From: the human T2T-CHM13v2.0 reference genome, Homo sapiens
Reading direction: 5' to 3' (one strand)
NCBI RefSeq assembly: GCF_009914755.1
Contig: NC_060935.1
Length of the DNA stretch: 64,000 bases
In this document: piece after piece, positions 57,310 to 64,000 of the stretch
Layout of the letters: each line of letters begins with the position of its first letter
How positions within the stretch are numbered: position 1 is the stretch's first letter
Notes under the pieces: model-generated
What the model was told of the DNA's origin: nothing
The model's input: the letters and a program-made list of their open reading frames with translations, nothing else
Databases searched by the model: none
Program-made: the position numbers and the translations under genes

Positions 57310-57505
57310 GCATGATGGGGCCAGACTGCTGGTGTTAAAATCAGGCCCTGTGCTTAATAGCTATGTGGCCTAAGCTTTCTGTGACTCAGTTTCCCTAACT
57401 GTAAATCAGCATTTGGCAGAAGGTTTTTTAGAGGATGGACTGAGTCTGCATGTGCAGCCCTTAGAACAGAGTATGGTATATAATACCCATGAGCTATTAC
57501 TAATA
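57310..57505 (+). mobile_element. MIR SINE
   Basis: ggggccagactgctggtgttaaaatc...tctgtgactcagtttccctaactgtaaa...cccttagaacagagt. Confidence 0.7.
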
Positions 57506-57578
57506 CTTCACTGTTCTAATTGGAGACATGGGATTCTCTTGGTGTAAACTGAGAACGTTAGCAAAAGATGTGGGGTAA

Positions 57579-57890
<312 letters not shown>

Positions 57891-58089
57891 TCTGTTCTTT
57901 AAAAATGTGGAAGAAACAGTCCCAGAAGCTTCATCATCTACAACAATAAGCATCCACCGAACACTCGCTACTCTAAGAAAAACACTGAGTTTGATGGAGC
58001 AATGTTGGCTGTGTCGACTTGCTAAATGGATATTTACTAAAATAAAATAAAAGAAATCCACTCTGTTAGACTTCCTAGAGCTTTGTTTA

Positions 58090-58680
58090 AAGCTTTTTAA
58101 AAATATGTAATACAGGTTTCCGATAAAAAAATTCAAAAAGTATGAAAGGCTATAAAGAAAAAAAAAAAAAAAACACGTTCCTGGCCTTTTTCCTGGTCTC
58201 CTGCAAGCATCTTTTCCTCCTTTGAGGTAACTAGCTTTTATTTTGTTTTGTTTTGTTTTTCCCTCTTTGTTTTCTGCTGCCTAGAAATCATGTGTCTTTT
58301 AACACACACAGACAAAACACACATAGAAACAGAAACAGAATGGTAATGATAGATACACATTTTATATAAATGATATGCACTGACATGTAACTATTTTTTA
58401 AATGAAACATATCTTAGAGATATTTAAAAATAAATATATACTGAACTATCTTCTTAAAAACTACATACTTTTCCCTTATATGGATATATTATTATCCATT
58501 AACCTAATCCTATATTGATAGAGATTTAGGTTGTTTCCAGTAATTTACTTCTATACAAAATTTGGCAATTTATATGCCAAAACATATATTATTTTGCATA
58601 AGAAAAATAGTACCTACATGTGATATTTTTGAGTCAAAATTATGATTCTTATTAAACATTATACAATTGTCCTTCTAATG
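58090..58680 (-). mobile_element. Old L1ME 3' fragment
   Basis: cctatattgatagagatttaggttgtttccag; aaaaattcaaaaagtatgaaaggctata. Confidence 0.6.
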
Positions 58681-59334
58681 AAAAATCAAAATTACTGTAT
58701 TTCAAGAAATCTAAGAAGTAAAGCAAATGAATATCAATTATTTAATTAATATGTAGTTTGTGTAACATTCAGGTTACATGTAAGATAAAGCACAGTTCTA
58801 TTTTGTATGTGCTTCTTCTTTTTTTGGTCAGGTCCTCTTGTGCAGAAAATACACATACCTAATTTTTAACACTTAGAATATATGTTTACCATTTCAAATA
58901 AGTATAGACTTTTACAGTTGTATCTTTGCTTTTATTATATAAACTGGTCATATCAGTGATTCATTTGGTGCTGACCTCTTGTTCTGAAATGTAGCCTCAG
59001 ATCTCAACACTACATTTGCAAAACACAAATTTGATTATATCAATCCAGGGTTTAAAGCCCTTTAGTGGTTTCTCATCAAAAACCTCCTAGATTAAAAAAA
59101 AAAAATGTCGAAACTACAACAACAAAGAAAAACCGGTCAGACTCTGTGCACAACGCCAAGGAGCTCCATCCCCGTTGTATTCGCTATGCTCAAAGGGGCC
59201 AGTCACATGTCATGCAATGGCATTCAGCAGAAGAGCCACTGCAAAGAAAGAAGCTCAGACCCTCTCCACTTTGAAAGGATCATTGTTCCTTTCTAAGGGA
59301 AAATCCACAAGCATGACTTTGAAGAGGAAAGCAC

Positions 59335-59500
59335 GTGAACTTTAAAGTCAGGTCGGCACTTGACTCTCTACTCTGTATGTACAACATGGCTGAGTTCTCC
59401 TTTCCACTTGTATAAAATGGTGAAAATCATACAGTACATAGCAAGAGTTTTTATAATGAGTAAATCAGATAACACAAGCAAACAGGTATTCTCTAATTAC
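59335..59500 (+). mobile_element. MIR SINE
   Basis: gaactttaaagtcagg...gtataaaatggtgaaaatcatacagtac...tatataatgagtaaatcagataa. Confidence 0.55.
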
Positions 59501-59578
59501 TGTCTTTTCACTTTTCTGATCACAGAAATTGTTGATTTCTGAAATTATTGTTTCAGAAATTGGCTGTAAAGTATTACA

Positions 59579-59818
59579 GTCAGGAGATCGAGACCATCCT
59601 GGCTACCACGGTGAAACCCCGTCTTTACTAAAAACACAAAATATTTACTGGGTGTGGTGGCATGCACCTGTAATTCCAGCTGCTCAGGAGGCTGAGGCAG
59701 GAGAATCACTTGAACCTGGGAGGCGAAGCTGTAGTGAGCCAAGATCGCACCATTGCACTCCAGCCTGGGTGACAGAGCAAGACATCATCTCAAAAACAAA
59801 AACAAAAACAAAAAACAA
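59579..59818 (+). mobile_element. 5'-truncated Alu (Sc-like) with (CAAAAA)n tail
   Basis: Starts gtcaggagatcgagacc; TSD TAAAGTA(T/G)TACA (59567-78, 59819-30). Confidence 0.93.
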
Positions 59819-59837
59819 TAAAGTAGTACAATCCAGA

Positions 59838-60883
59838 TGAGGGGTTGACAAACTATACCTTGCAGGCCAAATACTGCCCATCACATGTTTTGGGATGGCC
59901 CATGACTGTGAGGTAAGAATAAATTTTACACTTTTTCTTTATTAAATACTAACTTATACATGCATATACATAATTGTGAATTTTATGAATACATAATGGC
60001 TATGGGAAGTCATCTTTTTGAAAGCAGGTTGAGAATTTCAGTAGAATTTAAAGTTTGAAAAGAGGATGATTATGAACTTAAATCTCGGAGATCTCATCTT
60101 CATGATGTGAATTAAATTATCTAGTAAATAAAATTCTTCTTTATTTTTTTTCTCTGTCAAAAGGTATGGGTGTAGTGTGTGCCTATGTATGTATGTGTGG
60201 GTTGGTGGGGGTATGTGGGTAAAAGTACCACTCTGGGTATCAACCTAATCCAGGAGTAGAAAAGTGCTTTTCTCATCTCATCAACCTATTCAACTCAGTC
60301 CCTTCTAGTTCACAACAGGGAAGCCTCCAGCAAATTAAAGTCCAAAAGGGACTATGAGTAGTTGCCTGTCTTAGACCATAGTCTGAGTCTGTAACTTGAT
60401 ATTGAATGAGGAACTGCAGGGGATACTTTGCCACACCTCAGAAAATCACAGAGAAATGAGACATTCTCGTGAATGACTCCTTTCCACAGAAGGACAGCAT
60501 TAACAATTGGCTACACCTAAATATATGCAGCACACAGTTAAAGGTAAACACTGTTGTTGAGAATGATGCAAATGTTCTCAAAAATAATTGAATCTATTCA
60601 CATTCTACATTTTTAAATGCTGGAAAAGGTCAAAATAAATATTTTGCAACATGAAAAAATTATATAAAACTCAAATTTCATTGTCCCTAAGTGAAGTAGC
60701 AGAACACAATTGTGTTTCATTCCCTTACTTGTTGTCTGCGGCTGTCATTACACAACAATGGCATGGCTGAGTTGTTGCAATATAGACATTGCTACATGGA
60801 CTTTGCAGCAGAAACCGTATGTCCTGAAAGGCCTAACATGTTTATTATCTGGCCCTTTACAAAAAATGTTTGTTGATCCCTGA
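59838..60883 (+). mobile_element. MER58B-like hAT-Charlie element split into 59838-59935 and 60602-60883
   Basis: Left end aggggttgacaaactata...ggccaaat...; right end tctggccctttacaaaaaatgtttgttgatccctg; the two halves are collinear across an insert. Confidence 0.8.
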
Positions 60884-61161
60884 CCTGAACAATGTTGTTA
60901 TAATGTGTGTGTGCATAGATACATTTATGTACACATGTTTGTATATGTGTGTGTACATTTCCATATTTAATGTTTATATATGATATGTGAATTGGCTAAA
61001 ATATTTTAAAGACACAATCCATTCTTGTATAAATGGAGTGTTGGGATGTAGTCTATCACCTGCACCATTATTAGGAAGCTCCTGAAACTTTTTCCTAGAG
61101 TGATCCTATATCTAGCCACATTGTGGGATTTCTGTTTGGCTAATAACAGCTATAAGAATCA

Positions 61162-61326
<165 letters not shown>

Positions 61327-61362
61327 TTACCCTTGGAAAATTATTGTGACTACCTTGAATAA

Positions 61363-61836
<474 letters not shown>

Positions 61837-63451
61837 AGGATGTTTTCTTTATACATGTTTGTGTGTTGGAGAGAATTTGGTCTGAAGTTTTAATTTATTG
61901 CAAATTGGTAGTAAGACTGTATAGTAGATAAGTAGCTAACCATCACCTATTTCAAACTCTTAGCGTTCCCTACAAGAATCAAGAGTTGCACATAACCAAA
62001 TTGACTTGGGAAAGTTCATAAAATGCACTTGATATTTTGTTGACAGATATATTTCATACTCAACTAGTAGATCATAAAACAATTATTGAGTGTTTGCACA
62101 TCTTTTTTAAAAAAGAATCTAACAGAAAAATGAAAAGTGTCATAAAGCCACATTTATTTTTGTCTTTCTGTGTTCTAAATACAGAGAGAACTAGAAAATA
62201 TATGAGCGTGAATTCAGTGAAGGGTCTTCAATAGGAATCCTAAATGATTGAAAGCAGAACGTGAAAAGCAGTGGGAGACAGGACCTGTGGGTATTATTTC
62301 CACGCAGGGGAAAATTAGCTGGCTGGCCAGGCCAATGTTTCCAATTTTTACTCTTTTTTTGCTCTCCCTTGTTGGTTCTCTTCCCCAGGTTTACAGGATG
62401 TACACGAAAACTCATTTTGTGGTTGCTCAAATGTGGAAAACATGCTTTATGTTACAGTAGTTAGCTGACATGAATATTCTATGTAAATTACTTGTATCAA
62501 TCCTAAAATTAGCCCTTTTGTTGTTTATTCCTCCATGGAACCAAGAGGCATTCGTTCCTGTCCGCAGGGTGTGCCAGGAAATTTGCTGAAAAAGAAAGTC
62601 ACACCCAAAGTCTACATTTTTGTAAGGCTTTACAGCTTACAAAGATGGCTCCCAGCCTGCTACCTCTAATTTGTCTTCGTCTAATCCAAACTTCCCAGCC
62701 TCCCTCCTGCCTGCCAGTGGAAACAAATAATCCTAATTCTACGTTTCATTGCCCCTACCTATATAATTAAGTACATCAAGATTCCTCTTCTTTCTCTATA
62801 CCAATCATTTCTGGAAATACCCAGAGGTGTCTTGTTTGCAATGGTGCCAAAACCTGGGGTTACAGGATCCCCTTATTTTTCCTGGTGTTCAGTGTCCATG
62901 AAGGCAGGGGAGAGCAGTGATCTGCGCTTCCAGCTACCGTGGCTCTAGTGCTTCCTGAGATGTAGGTTCTATGGACACCACGTCCTGACAGTTCTTCTCA
63001 AAGAAACCAGGGTAGTGCTTCAGAATCCCTTTTCATTCTTTTAGCCTCCCTTCTCTACAGCCAGGCTGTTTTCTCTGAAAAAATAAGGACATGGATCATC
63101 TGTCCCACTCTGTCATACTTTTTCACCTGGACATCATGATGCCTGTGTCCTGTGTCTCACAGAGTTTTCGAAGAAAAGAGCCCTCTCAGCAAGCATGTAG
63201 TAACTCTTCCCAAGAGAGCTCAGGCATTTGTTTTCATGGTGGGGAACAGGATGGGGAGATAAGATTCCAGTCTATCTTCTCCATGCCCCATTCCTTCAGT
63301 TACACCTACCCTCTGGCGCTCAGACTCAAACATCTACCTGAAGATCTTTCCCATCTTGCAAACTAAGGTCTGCTAATGAAGCCCTGTGGCCTTTTGGGAA
63401 ATACACTTCATTTGCAGCAATCCTTGAATTTAGACAGAATACGCACATTCA

Positions 63452-64000
<549 letters not shown>

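Overview
Repeat-dense, AT-rich primate (probably human) non-coding DNA, intergenic or deep intronic. No protein-coding gene, tRNA, rRNA or CRISPR array is supported. The ORF track is explained by Alu, L1, Tigger1, THE1 and LTR12 remnants, microsatellites and chance. The window holds 14 Alus (5 of them 5'-truncated with TSDs) and a Tigger1 interrupted by a THE1A provirus and a MER39 LTR. It also has a MER51 LTR abutting a ~1.6 kb LTR12 (ERV9) solo LTR, and an old L1MC element cut by L1PB1, L1PA, LTR8 and an ERVL LTR, plus many MIR/L2/MaLR remnants. The best observations are structural: (i) a probable ~390 bp 3' transduction carried by the L1PB1 (36389-36780); (ii) a ~670 bp non-repeat insert with retrotransposition hallmarks splitting a MER58B (59936-60601); (iii) an L1PA insertion coinciding with a multi-kb deletion; (iv) a CpG-retaining unique segment with six CACCTG E-boxes (53870-54365) near well-formed splice sites. 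Repeat names come from recalled consensus sequences, not a database search, so subfamily calls and boundaries of old elements are approximate. I found no new biological system in the sense of a gene cluster.
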